A stretch of 35,711 bases of DNA, from assembly GCA_003552785.1 (NCBI GenBank), contig PUOQ01000035.1, forward strand, positions 1-35,711, read 5' to 3'. Under the pieces are notes generated by a model, which was not told the DNA's origin, ran no database searches, and worked only from the letters and a program-made list of their open reading frames with translations. This stretch comes from Dehalococcoidia bacterium. GTDB taxonomy: Bacteria > Chloroflexota > Dehalococcoidia > Dehalococcoidales > CSSed11-197. The position numbers and the translations under genes were made by a program. This document shows positions 27,191 to 35,407 of the stretch, in pieces (the first letter of the stretch is position 1; each line of letters opens with the position of its first letter).

Positions 27191-29212
27191 TTGAATTTTG
27201 TATATGAATTCCCGCACGAGATAACCGTAGATGAACACATCGAAATACCCATGAAAGACGGAGTAAAACTATCAGCTCGCATCTGGCGGCCCAAGTCTTC
27301 CAATACCAATCCCGTACCAGCCATTCTTGAATATATTCCCTATCGCAAACGTGATGGAACGAGGTCGCGTGATGCCTTGAACCATCCGTACTTTGCCGGT
27401 CATGGATATATTAGCGTAAGGGTCGATATCCGGGGCAGCGGCGAATCTGAAGGTGTTTTAACCGATGAGTACACCAAACAGGAGCAGGACGATGCTATTG
27501 AGATAATAGAGTGGCTTCAGCATCAACCATGGTGCAATGGTAAAGTCGGCATGTTCGGTATATCATGGGGTGGATTCAATGGGCTTCAAGTCGCTGCACG
27601 GCAACCACCCGGGCTGGATGCAATTATCGCAGTGTGTGCCACCGACGACAGGTATTTGGACGATGTGCACTATATGGGCGGTTGTTTACTGGGAGACAAC
27701 CTCTCGTGGGCTTCCACCATGTTTGCCTTTAATTCATTGCCACCTGACCCTCATATCGTCGGTGACAAGTGGCGTAAAATGTGGTTTGAAAGACTGGAGA
27801 ATAGCAGCATCTGGGTATACAACTGGCTTCGACACCAGCGCCGGGATAATTACTGGAAACAGGGGTCTGTATGTGAAGACTATTCAAAAATCACCTGTCC
27901 AGTAATGGCTGTCAGCGGCTGGGCCGATGGATATTCAAACGCAGTCTTCCGCCTCATGTCTGGGCTCAGTGTTCCAAGAATAGCATTAATAGGTCCCTGG
28001 AGTCATAAGTATCCCCATCTCGGGGTGCCTGGCCCTGCCATCGGATTCCTGCAGTATGCAGTTCAATGGTGGGACTACTGGCTAAAAGGGAAACAAAATA
28101 GCATCATGAACGGTCCAATGTTATATGCATGGATGCAGGACAGCATCCCGCCTTATACCAGCTATGAACATAGACCTGGTCGATGGGTAAGTGAGGAAAG
28201 GTGGCCCTCTCCAAAAATTTACGAAAAGACATATACATTGAGCGATAATGGACTGCTGCCTGAAAAACATCCTGCTGCAGAAGGGGCATTGTCTTTTGAA
28301 TCTCTGCTTTCGGTGGGCCTGTTTGCCGGGAAATGGTGCTCCTATAGTGCAGGGCCCGACCTTCCGTATGACCAGCGCGAAGAGGATGGCAGCGCCTTAA
28401 CCTTTGACAGTGGACCCCTGCGTTCAAATATGGAGATATTTGGTTCCCCGGTTGTGGAATTGGAGTTTGCATCAAGCAGGCCGGTTGCTATGATCGCAAT
28501 AAGGCTTTCAGATATATCTCTGGATGGAAAAGCTACAAGAGTGACATACAGCGTGTTCAACCTTAATCACCTTAATGGGCATGAGCATCCTGTAATGTTA
28601 AAACCGGGCAAAAGGTACAGGGTGCGCATCCCGCTTAATGAGGTAGCGCAGGTATTTCCAAAAGGGCATCGATTCCGCTTGTCTTTCTCGAATTCATACT
28701 GGCCCCTTGCCTGGCCACCGCCCGAACCGGTAACCTTAACCATATTTACCGGGGCATCAAAGTTGATTATGCCAATTCGCAAGCCACGCCCAGATGAAGA
28801 CCAGTTAATCACTTTCCCGGAACCAGAAAGCGCAGTACCGCTGAGGGAGGAACAACTGACATCCGCTTACTCAAACTGGCGAGTTGTCAGGGACCTGGCT
28901 ACTGAGGAAACAGCCCTTGAAGTTATCCATGATCAAGGAATAAAGCACATCGATGAGGTTGATCTTAAAATTAAAACCAAATCCTGGGAACGTTACAGCG
29001 CATTCGGAAACGATTATGATTCAGTGCGGGGTGAAACCTATTGGGAGCGCGGCTTATACAGGGAAAATTGGAGTGTTATGACGCAAACCCAGACTCTACT
29101 TACCTCAAATAAAGGTAACTTTTTCATTCACGCCGACCTGGATGCTTATGAGGGTGAGCGTCGGGTATTTTGCAGGAGCTGGGAACTGGAAATGCCGCGC
29201 GACCATATATAA
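27191..29212 (+). CDS. CocE/NonD-family (peptidase S15, X-Pro dipeptidyl-peptidase-like) alpha/beta hydrolase
   Basis: PAILEYIPYRKRDG...GYISVRVDIRGSGESEG and nucleophile elbow GISWGG. Large C-terminal beta-sandwich domain. SD AAGGAGGG precedes the TTG start. Confidence 0.85.
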   Translation: MNFVYEFPHEITVDEHIEIPMKDGVKLSARIWRPKSSNTNPVPAILEYIPYRKRDGTRSRDALNHPYFAGHGYISVRVDIRGSGESEGVLTDEYTKQEQDDAIEIIEWLQHQPWCNGKVGMFGISWGGFNGLQVAARQPPGLDAIIAVCATDDRYLDDVHYMGGCLLGDNLSWASTMFAFNSLPPDPHIVGDKWRKMWFERLENSSIWVYNWLRHQRRDNYWKQGSVCEDYSKITCPVMAVSGWADGYSNAVFRLMSGLSVPRIALIGPWSHKYPHLGVPGPAIGFLQYAVQWWDYWLKGKQNSIMNGPMLYAWMQDSIPPYTSYEHRPGRWVSEERWPSPKIYEKTYTLSDNGLLPEKHPAAEGALSFESLLSVGLFAGKWCSYSAGPDLPYDQREEDGSALTFDSGPLRSNMEIFGSPVVELEFASSRPVAMIAIRLSDISLDGKATRVTYSVFNLNHLNGHEHPVMLKPGKRYRVRIPLNEVAQVFPKGHRFRLSFSNSYWPLAWPPPEPVTLTIFTGASKLIMPIRKPRPDEDQLITFPEPESAVPLREEQLTSAYSNWRVVRDLATEETALEVIHDQGIKHIDEVDLKIKTKSWERYSAFGNDYDSVRGETYWERGLYRENWSVMTQTQTLLTSNKGNFFIHADLDAYEGERRVFCRSWELEMPRDHI

Positions 29213-29357
29213 ACTTCGTTAAGTAGCTTCTCATAATCATTATTTTTACTCACCCTTCTAAAGGGCTGCCCAAACAACAGCAGGCACTAACTGGATAAGG
29301 ATACAATTTATAACGGGGGTATCTGGTTTAACTAAAATTAAAAGGAATTAATATGTT

Positions 29358-31088
29358 ATGCCCGTACACAATAAAGAAATAGCTGCGGTTTTTTATGAAT
29401 ATGCAGATCTTCTGGAAATAGATGGTGCAAACCACTACCGTGTCCGCGCCTATCGCAACGCAGCACGCAATATATCCAGCTACCCCCACAGCCTGTCTGA
29501 TATGCTAAACAGGGGGGAAGATCTTTCCCAAATTCCGGGCTTGGGCAAAGACCTCGCAAAGAAAGCTTCAGAAGTTATTAAATCGGGCAAACTTGAGCAA
29601 CTGGAAGAGTTAAAGAAAAGGCTCCCCGAAGGATTGATCCAAATTTCCAGGCTGCCGGGCCTGGGGCCGAAGCGTACCAGCTCTCTTTATTACAAACTTG
29701 GAATAACCAGCCTTAAACAATTGGAGGAAGCAGCAAGAGAAGAAAAAGTAAGGCAATTAACAGGCTTCAACGCCAAAACCGAAGCAAAAATCCTGGAGGA
29801 TATCCAGCACCACCGGGAATCTGAAGAAAGCAACAAAAGATATAAACTTTCACTGGTCCAGGAGTTAGTCCGGCCCCTGCTTGATTATTTAAGGAGAACA
29901 AAAGGAGTGATACAGGTTGAGGCTGCAGGCAGCTACAGGCGCCAGAAAGAGACTTTGGGGGATCTGGACTTGCTGGTTGCCCACAAAAAGGGCTCCGGTG
30001 TAATGGAACGATTTGTTGAATATGAAGACGTGGTGCATATAGCAAGCAAGGGCAGCACCCGTTCCACTATACTACTCCGTTCTGGCCTCCAGGTAGACCT
30101 CCGGGCTGTTGAAGAAGCCAGCTATGGAGCGGCACTGCACTACTTTACCGGTTCCAAGTCCCATAATATTGCCATACGCAGAATAGGTTTAAAACAGGGA
30201 TTAAAAATAAATGAATATGGTATATTTAAAGATGAAAAAAAGGTCGCCGGAAAAACTGAAAATGAAGTCTACGCAAAGGTAGGCCTGCCTTATATACAGC
30301 CCGAATTGCGGGAAAATAAGGGTGAAATAGAAGCAGCCCAAAGAGGACAATTGCCCCGCTTAATTACCCTGAAAGATATCCGGGGAGACCTTCATGCACA
30401 TACAACTGAAACCGACGGTCATGCCAGCCTTGAAGAAATGGCTGAAGCGGCCAGAAAAAAGGGGTATGAGTATCTGGCCATTACCGACCATTCCAGGCAC
30501 GTAACCATAGCCAGAGGAATTGATGAAAAACGCCTTTTAAAACAGATAGAAAGTATAGACAGCCTCAACCAGAAGCTTAAAGGTATAACAATCTTGAAAG
30601 GTATCGAAGTGGACATACTCGAAGATGGCTCCCTGGACCTGCCACATGAAGTATTAAAGAGGCTGGACCTGGTGGTATGTGCAGTTCACTATAAATTCAA
30701 CCTCACGGCAGAAAAGCAAACACAGCGTATAATTAAAGGTATAGATAATCCGTATTTCACCATACTGACTCACCCCACCGGCCGCATAATCGGAGAACGG
30801 GAAGCTTACAGCCTGAACATGGAGGAGCTGATGACGGCAGCCAGAGAAACCGGAACCGTACTGGAAATTAACTCCCAGCCTGATCGCCTGGATCTTACAG
30901 ATATATATGCCAAAATTGCCTCAGAGATGGGAATATTGATTTCCATTTCTACCGATGCCCACAATACAAACGAGCTTGATTTCATGCGCTTTGGTGTCGG
31001 CCAGGCACGCCGTGGCTGGCTGGAAACAACCAATGTGTTAAATACCCGCAGCCTTAAAAAGCTGAAGCAAATAATGAATAAAAATTGA
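29358..31088 (+). CDS. polX: Family X DNA polymerase with C-terminal PHP domain (PolX)
   Basis: N-terminus NKEIAAVFYEYADLLEIDGANHYRVRAYRNAARNI. HhH motifs (IPGLGKDL, LPGLGPK). Catalytic GSYRRQKETLGDLDLLV. PHP motif GDLHAHTTETDGH ... ISTDAH. Confidence 0.9.
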   Translation: MPVHNKEIAAVFYEYADLLEIDGANHYRVRAYRNAARNISSYPHSLSDMLNRGEDLSQIPGLGKDLAKKASEVIKSGKLEQLEELKKRLPEGLIQISRLPGLGPKRTSSLYYKLGITSLKQLEEAAREEKVRQLTGFNAKTEAKILEDIQHHRESEESNKRYKLSLVQELVRPLLDYLRRTKGVIQVEAAGSYRRQKETLGDLDLLVAHKKGSGVMERFVEYEDVVHIASKGSTRSTILLRSGLQVDLRAVEEASYGAALHYFTGSKSHNIAIRRIGLKQGLKINEYGIFKDEKKVAGKTENEVYAKVGLPYIQPELRENKGEIEAAQRGQLPRLITLKDIRGDLHAHTTETDGHASLEEMAEAARKKGYEYLAITDHSRHVTIARGIDEKRLLKQIESIDSLNQKLKGITILKGIEVDILEDGSLDLPHEVLKRLDLVVCAVHYKFNLTAEKQTQRIIKGIDNPYFTILTHPTGRIIGEREAYSLNMEELMTAARETGTVLEINSQPDRLDLTDIYAKIASEMGILISISTDAHNTNELDFMRFGVGQARRGWLETTNVLNTRSLKKLKQIMNKN

Positions 31089-31355
31089 GGCGTCTAACAC
31101 TCTTCTCCCCTCAACAAGCATCAGTGATGCGCAGGCCATAATAACCGGGCGATAAAGTGAATAACTTAACAAGCAGGCTCCAGCCTTTAATTTTAACCAC
31201 CCGGCTGTCCATAGTCCGCTGGCTAAAAACAATCTTTGTAATTGGAAACACGTGCCACTAAACCCATGCCGGTTATTATTGGTCTGGTAAATCCAATATG
31301 ATAAGATAGAACTTATTTTATCTGCCTGGCTACAAAAAAACGAAAGTGGTGAACT

Positions 31356-32708
31356 GTGCAAAGCAAGATATTAATGGAAGATAATATTGGCCGTATCGAT
31401 ATGCCGGAAAACCTGAGCATCGGCTTAATGGTAGCAAAACAACGAAAAAAGTGCCGGTCGCTAGATTGCAGGTGTAATTACTACGGGTTTGCATTTGGAC
31501 AATCTCCTTTCCCTGCTCCGCCATCACTGGTCAATGAACTAAAACTAGCTGCAGGAAAGACCGGTTATGTTGATGCTCAGGGTATTTATGAATTGAGAAG
31601 TGCGGTATCCGGCTTCAATGCCAGGCATTTTGGATTGAAACCGGATCCAGAAAAAATTGTAATCGGTCCTGGAACCAAGGGCTTGCTATTTTTACTCTTC
31701 AGCATCATTAAAGGGGGTATTATCATCCCAACTCCTTCATGGATTGGTTATTCTCCACAAGCCAGTTTCTTAAACAAACAATATTTTCCACTGGCGACTT
31801 TTCCTGAAAATAATTACAAGCTGACTGCTAAACAGCTGGAAGACTTTCTATCATCAAGGAAAGGCAGGCAGCACATGCTTGTATTAAACAACCCCAACAA
31901 TCCAACGGGCCAGATTTATACGAAGGATGAGCTCACATCAATTGCCGGGGTATGCAGAAAATACAATACACTTGTTCTGGCAGATGAGATCTATGCCCTG
32001 ACAAGTTTTGATATAACGGACTTTACAAGCATGGGTAAAGTTTTTCCGGAAGGAACTTTTGTTCTAAATGGCCTTTCCAAAGATCGCTCGGCAGGTGGCT
32101 ACAGGCTTGGAGTCTGTCATTTGCCGGATACCGACTGTAAAACTATTGCAGAGAGTCTGCAAAAGCTGGCGGCTACAATTTATACCAACATAACCACACC
32201 GGTTCAACTGGCGGCTGTTTCTGCCTACAGGGAGAACGAAGAAGTTGAGCGCTATTTCGCTACTACCCGTCAGATACACCGAATAATGGGTGCAACCATT
32301 AGTGAAAAATTTTCCAGCATTGAAGGGTTAAAGGTTACAATGCCATCTGGCGGTTTTTACTTCTATGTTGATTTTAACAACCTTAAAACTAGTCTTAAAG
32401 AATGCGGAATTAACAACTCAAACCAGCTGGGAAAGGCGCTATTGTCGCACCCCCGGCATATTGCCACCGTAACGGGAGATTCACTGCTGCTGGATCCGGA
32501 TAATTTTGGAGTCAGGATTGCTTATGTGGACTATGATGGTAAAAAGGCATATGATGCTTATTTAAATAATAGGCCCCTTGGCAGGCAAGATGAAATCAGA
32601 TATGTCAAAAAACATGCCCCGATGATGATTGAAGGTGCAGAGGCTGTATCTGATTTTGTTAATTCCATAAAATCAGGGTCGCTTATAATAAACCAGGAGG
32701 ATTTATAA
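31356..32708 (+). CDS. Pyridoxal-phosphate-dependent aminotransferase, class I/II
   Basis: NNPNNPTGQIY, LADEIY, and PLP-lysine motif LSKDRSAGGYRLG. The exact start is uncertain: GTG 31356 or a downstream ATG. Confidence 0.85.
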   Translation: MQSKILMEDNIGRIDMPENLSIGLMVAKQRKKCRSLDCRCNYYGFAFGQSPFPAPPSLVNELKLAAGKTGYVDAQGIYELRSAVSGFNARHFGLKPDPEKIVIGPGTKGLLFLLFSIIKGGIIIPTPSWIGYSPQASFLNKQYFPLATFPENNYKLTAKQLEDFLSSRKGRQHMLVLNNPNNPTGQIYTKDELTSIAGVCRKYNTLVLADEIYALTSFDITDFTSMGKVFPEGTFVLNGLSKDRSAGGYRLGVCHLPDTDCKTIAESLQKLAATIYTNITTPVQLAAVSAYRENEEVERYFATTRQIHRIMGATISEKFSSIEGLKVTMPSGGFYFYVDFNNLKTSLKECGINNSNQLGKALLSHPRHIATVTGDSLLLDPDNFGVRIAYVDYDGKKAYDAYLNNRPLGRQDEIRYVKKHAPMMIEGAEAVSDFVNSIKSGSLIINQEDL

Positions 32709-32915
32709 TGAGTGAAAATGTTCTCAATAAGAAACAGATGCAGCTATGCGATAATAGCAGCTGGGATTTTTCCAATTTAAAAGTAAAAAACTAAAACTGC
32801 CCCCATTACAAAAATTGAAAGTAAAATTTCTTTAAAGAGTTATTTTATGAATAAAGGCTGCACCTGTAACATGTCGCCGGGTGAACGAGTGGTATGCAAT
32901 AGTTATTTATCGCAA

Positions 32916-33399
32916 TTATAGCGCCATATATTTCCTGCGAAACACCAGCACACCGGAAACATACAACCCTGCAGCTATTGCCAGCAAAACAAGATATTTA
33001 ACAACCGGCAGTTGCCCACCGGCAATGATAGTTTCCGGATCAAAAAAGCTGAACATTGTTAAATACTGCAGCCAGTCATAACCTCCACTCATGCTTGCAA
33101 GAAGGTTGATGATAAAAAACACCACCGGTATTCCTCCATTTAGTGCCATTGAGTATTTGGCATCATTAAATACGCATGAAAAGAAAAAGCAAATGGCACT
33201 AACAGAGAGTAAAAGCAGTATTGCCCCCAGGTTCATTTATCAGGTATATATTCACGTCAAGGTCACCATGGAACATGCTCTGGCTGAATATCAGCCCAAT
33301 AGCGCCGGTTATGGCCATCAGAATTACTGTGCTCATGGCCAGGTAAAAATGGTGGGCCCTGGTTGACAGATTCCGAACTGCTGTTTGAGAGGGAAACAA
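32916..33399 (-). pseudogene. ABC-2-type transporter permease-like gene, frameshifted (or homopolymer sequencing error)
   Basis: ORFs 33199..33399 and 32916..33236 are both hydrophobic multi-TM fragments. Removing one base from the C5 run at 33224-33228 fuses them (...NIYLINEPGAILLLLSVSA...). There is no adjacent ATPase gene. Confidence 0.4.
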
Positions 33400-33504
33400 T
33401 TATCCCGGAGTTACAATCTCTGTTGACTAATAGCCGTAGATAGACATGAATCGTATAGGTTGTTAAATCCCAATATATTGGTCATGTGATAAACCTATGA
33501 CCTG

Positions 33505-33864
33505 CTATGTGCCTGAGGTACCATTTTTTTTATTGCTGGCCCGGTAAAGCTTAATATATGCTTTTTCCAAAGTAACCAGCCCTTCTTCAACTACATCATC
33601 AACAACCTTCAGGAATTCATCAATGCGCTCTGGCCTGTCTACTATTTCCACAATTATCGGCAAGTCAAGGGACAAACGAAGTATATTTGAAGTGTGAATG
33701 CGACTTTTAGCTCCAAACCCTGCAAGTCCACGAAGCACTGTCGCCCCAGCAAGGCCCGTTCTTTTGGCTTCGTTCACCAGCCATTCATACAACGGTTGTC
33801 CTTTATACCGATCCGATTCACCTATGAATATCCTCAATAATTGACCTTCTTCTGGTAATATCAC
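33505..33864 (-). CDS. DUF190 (PII-like) protein, typical CrcB partner
   Basis: LLRIFIGESDRYKGQPLYEWLV...GLAGATVLRGLAGFG...LPIIVEIVD. The preferred start is GTG 33864, with SD GAGGTG just after the crcB stop. The longest ORF reaches ATG 33906 and would overlap crcB by 34 nt. Confidence 0.8.
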   Translation of the reverse strand: MILPEEGQLLRIFIGESDRYKGQPLYEWLVNEAKRTGLAGATVLRGLAGFGAKSRIHTSNILRLSLDLPIIVEIVDRPERIDEFLKVVDDVVEEGLVTLEKAYIKLYRASNKKNGTSGT

Positions 33865-33872
33865 CTTGCACC

Positions 33873-34250
33873 TCAAATCTTTTGTATTAGTGTATAGCTT
33901 ATCCATGTAGCTGTTAAGCCCAAAGATACATGTAAGCCCACATTTATAAATGCAGAAGCAAAACGCCCGTCCTGAAACAAAGAAATAGTTTCAATACTTA
34001 GAGTAGAGAATGTTGTAAATCCCCCCAGTAAACCAAGAAGCAAGAAGGTGCGTAGTTCAGGAGAAAATACCCCGCGGCTTTCTGCCAAACCGGCCAGCAA
34101 GCCTATGATTATACAGCCTGTAATATTTACAGCTAGTGTTCCGTAAGGAAACCAGCTGTTTCCGGTAAGCTGGTGAATCCACCCACTAAGCAAATAGCGG
34201 AAAACAGCGCCAATAAAACCACCACAACCAACAAGAATTATTGCCAACAT
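33873..34250 (-). CDS. crcB: Fluoride ion channel CrcB/Fluc
   Basis: A 125-aa, four-TM protein with GGFIGAVFRY and LLGGFTTFST motifs. SD AAGGAGGTG precedes the ATG. A fluoride riboswitch lies upstream. Confidence 0.92.
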   Translation of the reverse strand: MLAIILVGCGGFIGAVFRYLLSGWIHQLTGNSWFPYGTLAVNITGCIIIGLLAGLAESRGVFSPELRTFLLLGLLGGFTTFSTLSIETISLFQDGRFASAFINVGLHVSLGLTATWISYTLIQKI

Positions 34251-34320
34251 TGCACCTCCTTATATTTCTAGCAGGTAGTAGCCGGGGCATGAAACTTTTC
34301 AATTAGTATAACTCCATCGC

Positions 34321-34347
34321 AAAAAGCCCCTACTGTTTCAGTAGAGG
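34321..34347 (-). terminator. Intrinsic terminator forming the riboswitch expression platform
   Basis: The RNA reads CCUCUACUG-AAA-CAGUAGGGG (9-bp stem) followed by CUUUUU. The 5' arm is the conserved CCUCUAC 3' end of the fluoride aptamer, so the two folds are mutually exclusive. Confidence 0.65.
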
Positions 34348-34403
34348 CTATCATCCCTCACGGGCGTTTATGAGAAAGGCTCTCACAGGTGAGCATCATC
34401 ACC
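34341..34403 (-). promoter_or_regulatory. Fluoride riboswitch (crcB RNA motif) with atypical inserted hairpin
   Basis: The RNA reads GGUGAUGAUGCUCACC-UG-UGAGAGCCUUUCUCA-UAAACGCCC-GUGA-GGGAUGAUAGCCUCUAC. It matches the 5' signature GGnGAUG...CnCC and the 3' signature AAACGCC...GG.UGAUGA..CCUCUAC. It lies upstream of crcB. Confidence 0.7.
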
Positions 34404-34424
34404 ATCTTCTATTTTATTGGTATT

Positions 34425-34433
34425 ATTATAGCA
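34425..34433 (-). promoter_or_regulatory. Candidate extended -10 element (TGcTATAAT) for the riboswitch-crcB transcript
   Basis: The minus strand reads TGCTATAAT, about 21 nt upstream of the aptamer 5' end. No convincing -35 element was found. Confidence 0.35.
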
Positions 34434-34581
34434 TGGTTAATACAGCCTTTCTGAAATCTTAAGTCCAGAAGTACAAGGGGAATTTCGATGAGTTTTGATC
34501 TTTCAAAAAGGTAAAGTATCAAACTATGAACAACTCCGCGTTACAGCACGCCCTACCAATCTATCGTTTGTTTATCCTCTC

Positions 34582-34764
34582 TTACTTTTTGCCTCGCCTG
34601 TCCATTTCTTCCTGGAATCTCAGCGCCTCTTCCCTGACCTGATGCCTTATGGTTTGCTTAATAAATTTTAAAAGAAAAATAGCGAGCGCGATGAAAAATA
34701 ACAAGGATATCAAAATACCAAATGCCATTATTATCACAATATCCAGTGGGCCAGGCGGCATCAT
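34582..34764 (-). CDS. Small single-pass membrane protein (60 aa), hypothetical
   Basis: Strong SD GAGGAGGAG lies 5-8 nt before ATGATG. One hydrophobic helix is followed by a charged tail (QVREEALRFQEEMDRRGKK). Confidence 0.5.
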   Translation of the reverse strand: MMPPGPLDIVIIMAFGILISLLFFIALAIFLLKFIKQTIRHQVREEALRFQEEMDRRGKK

Positions 34765-34793
34765 TAGCTCCTCCTCATCCTGTGTTTCAACAT

Positions 34794-35037
34794 CTACTGT
34801 GTCCCACGTTCTTCTTGAATCTCAAATACTTTTACCCGAACTTCAACGTGAGACAATTCGGAAATCATGAAATCCTGAATTTCCTTGGGCAGGCCTAGAA
34901 AATACTTATCCATATCTTCTGCCTGTTTCATTTGAGCCCAGGTTCTTTCGAATAATGCAGCAGCATCTTCTTTGGTATCTTGAGCATAAACGAAGGCTCC
35001 TCCAATTGACAGTGAAAGGAGCAGGGATGGGGTAGGA
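34794..35037 (-). pseudogene. 5'-truncated small secreted-protein gene, interrupted by the IS3-family element
   Basis: The open frame reads ...PTPSLLLSLSIGGAFVYA|QDTKEDAAALFERTWAQMKQAEDMDKYFLGLPKEIQDFMISELSHVEVRVKVFEIQEERGTQ*. That is a signal-peptide h-region and an A-x-A-like cleavage site, but with no start codon or n-region. The frame runs directly into the putative IS left end. Confidence 0.45.
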
Positions 35038-35089
35038 TGGATTTAACGGACACCAAAGTCATGTAAAATAAATAGACGGAGGTGTTATA

Positions 35090-35407
35090 GTGAAAGGTAT
35101 TCCACAGGGAAGGTACACACGAGAATTCCGCCAAGAGGCGGTAAAGCTGGTAATCGAGGAGGAGTTATCATTGCCGGAGGCAGCCCGCCGGCTGTCACTT
35201 GCCCCCTCAACGCTCACCTATTGGGTGAAAGCCTACCGGGAAGGAAGACTGGGGGAAGTCGGCAAGGCACAAAAGCCCTTAACAGAAGTCGAAACGGAGC
35301 TGGCTCGAACAAAAAAAGAGCTGGCAGAAACGAGAATGGAGAGGGACATATTAAAAAAAGCAGCCGCGTACTTTGCCAGGGAGTCGCTGCACGGTACGCG
35401 GCGATGA
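35090..35407 (+). CDS. IS3-family transposase OrfA (HTH plus leucine-zipper-like region)
   Basis: YTREFRQEAVKLV...LSLPEAARRLSLAPSTLTYWVKAYREG followed by the coiled-coil ELARTKKELAETRMERDILKKAAAYFA. SD GGAGG lies 7 nt before the GTG. Confidence 0.9.
   Translation: MKGIPQGRYTREFRQEAVKLVIEEELSLPEAARRLSLAPSTLTYWVKAYREGRLGEVGKAQKPLTEVETELARTKKELAETRMERDILKKAAAYFARESLHGTRR
35353..35359 (+). promoter_or_regulatory. Programmed -1 ribosomal frameshift heptamer A_AAA_AAA (followed by G)
   Basis: TTA AAA AAA GCA in the orfA frame. The -1 frame is open from here through ATG 35404 to the window end. Confidence 0.6.

Noticed and set aside
31038-31361. 107-aa minus-strand ORF filling the polX-aminotransferase intergenic region
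   Set aside because: It has no SD, an odd composition and no recognisable motif, and it overlaps the 3' end of polX. The 267-nt spacer may hold a promoter or small RNA, but I could not find a supporting structure.
34928-35134. 68-aa minus-strand ORF overlapping the IS left end and the orfA start
   Set aside because: It spans the inferred IS/chromosome junction, so it is a chimeric reading frame. The adjacent frame, carrying the signal-peptide-like remnant, is the more plausible original gene.
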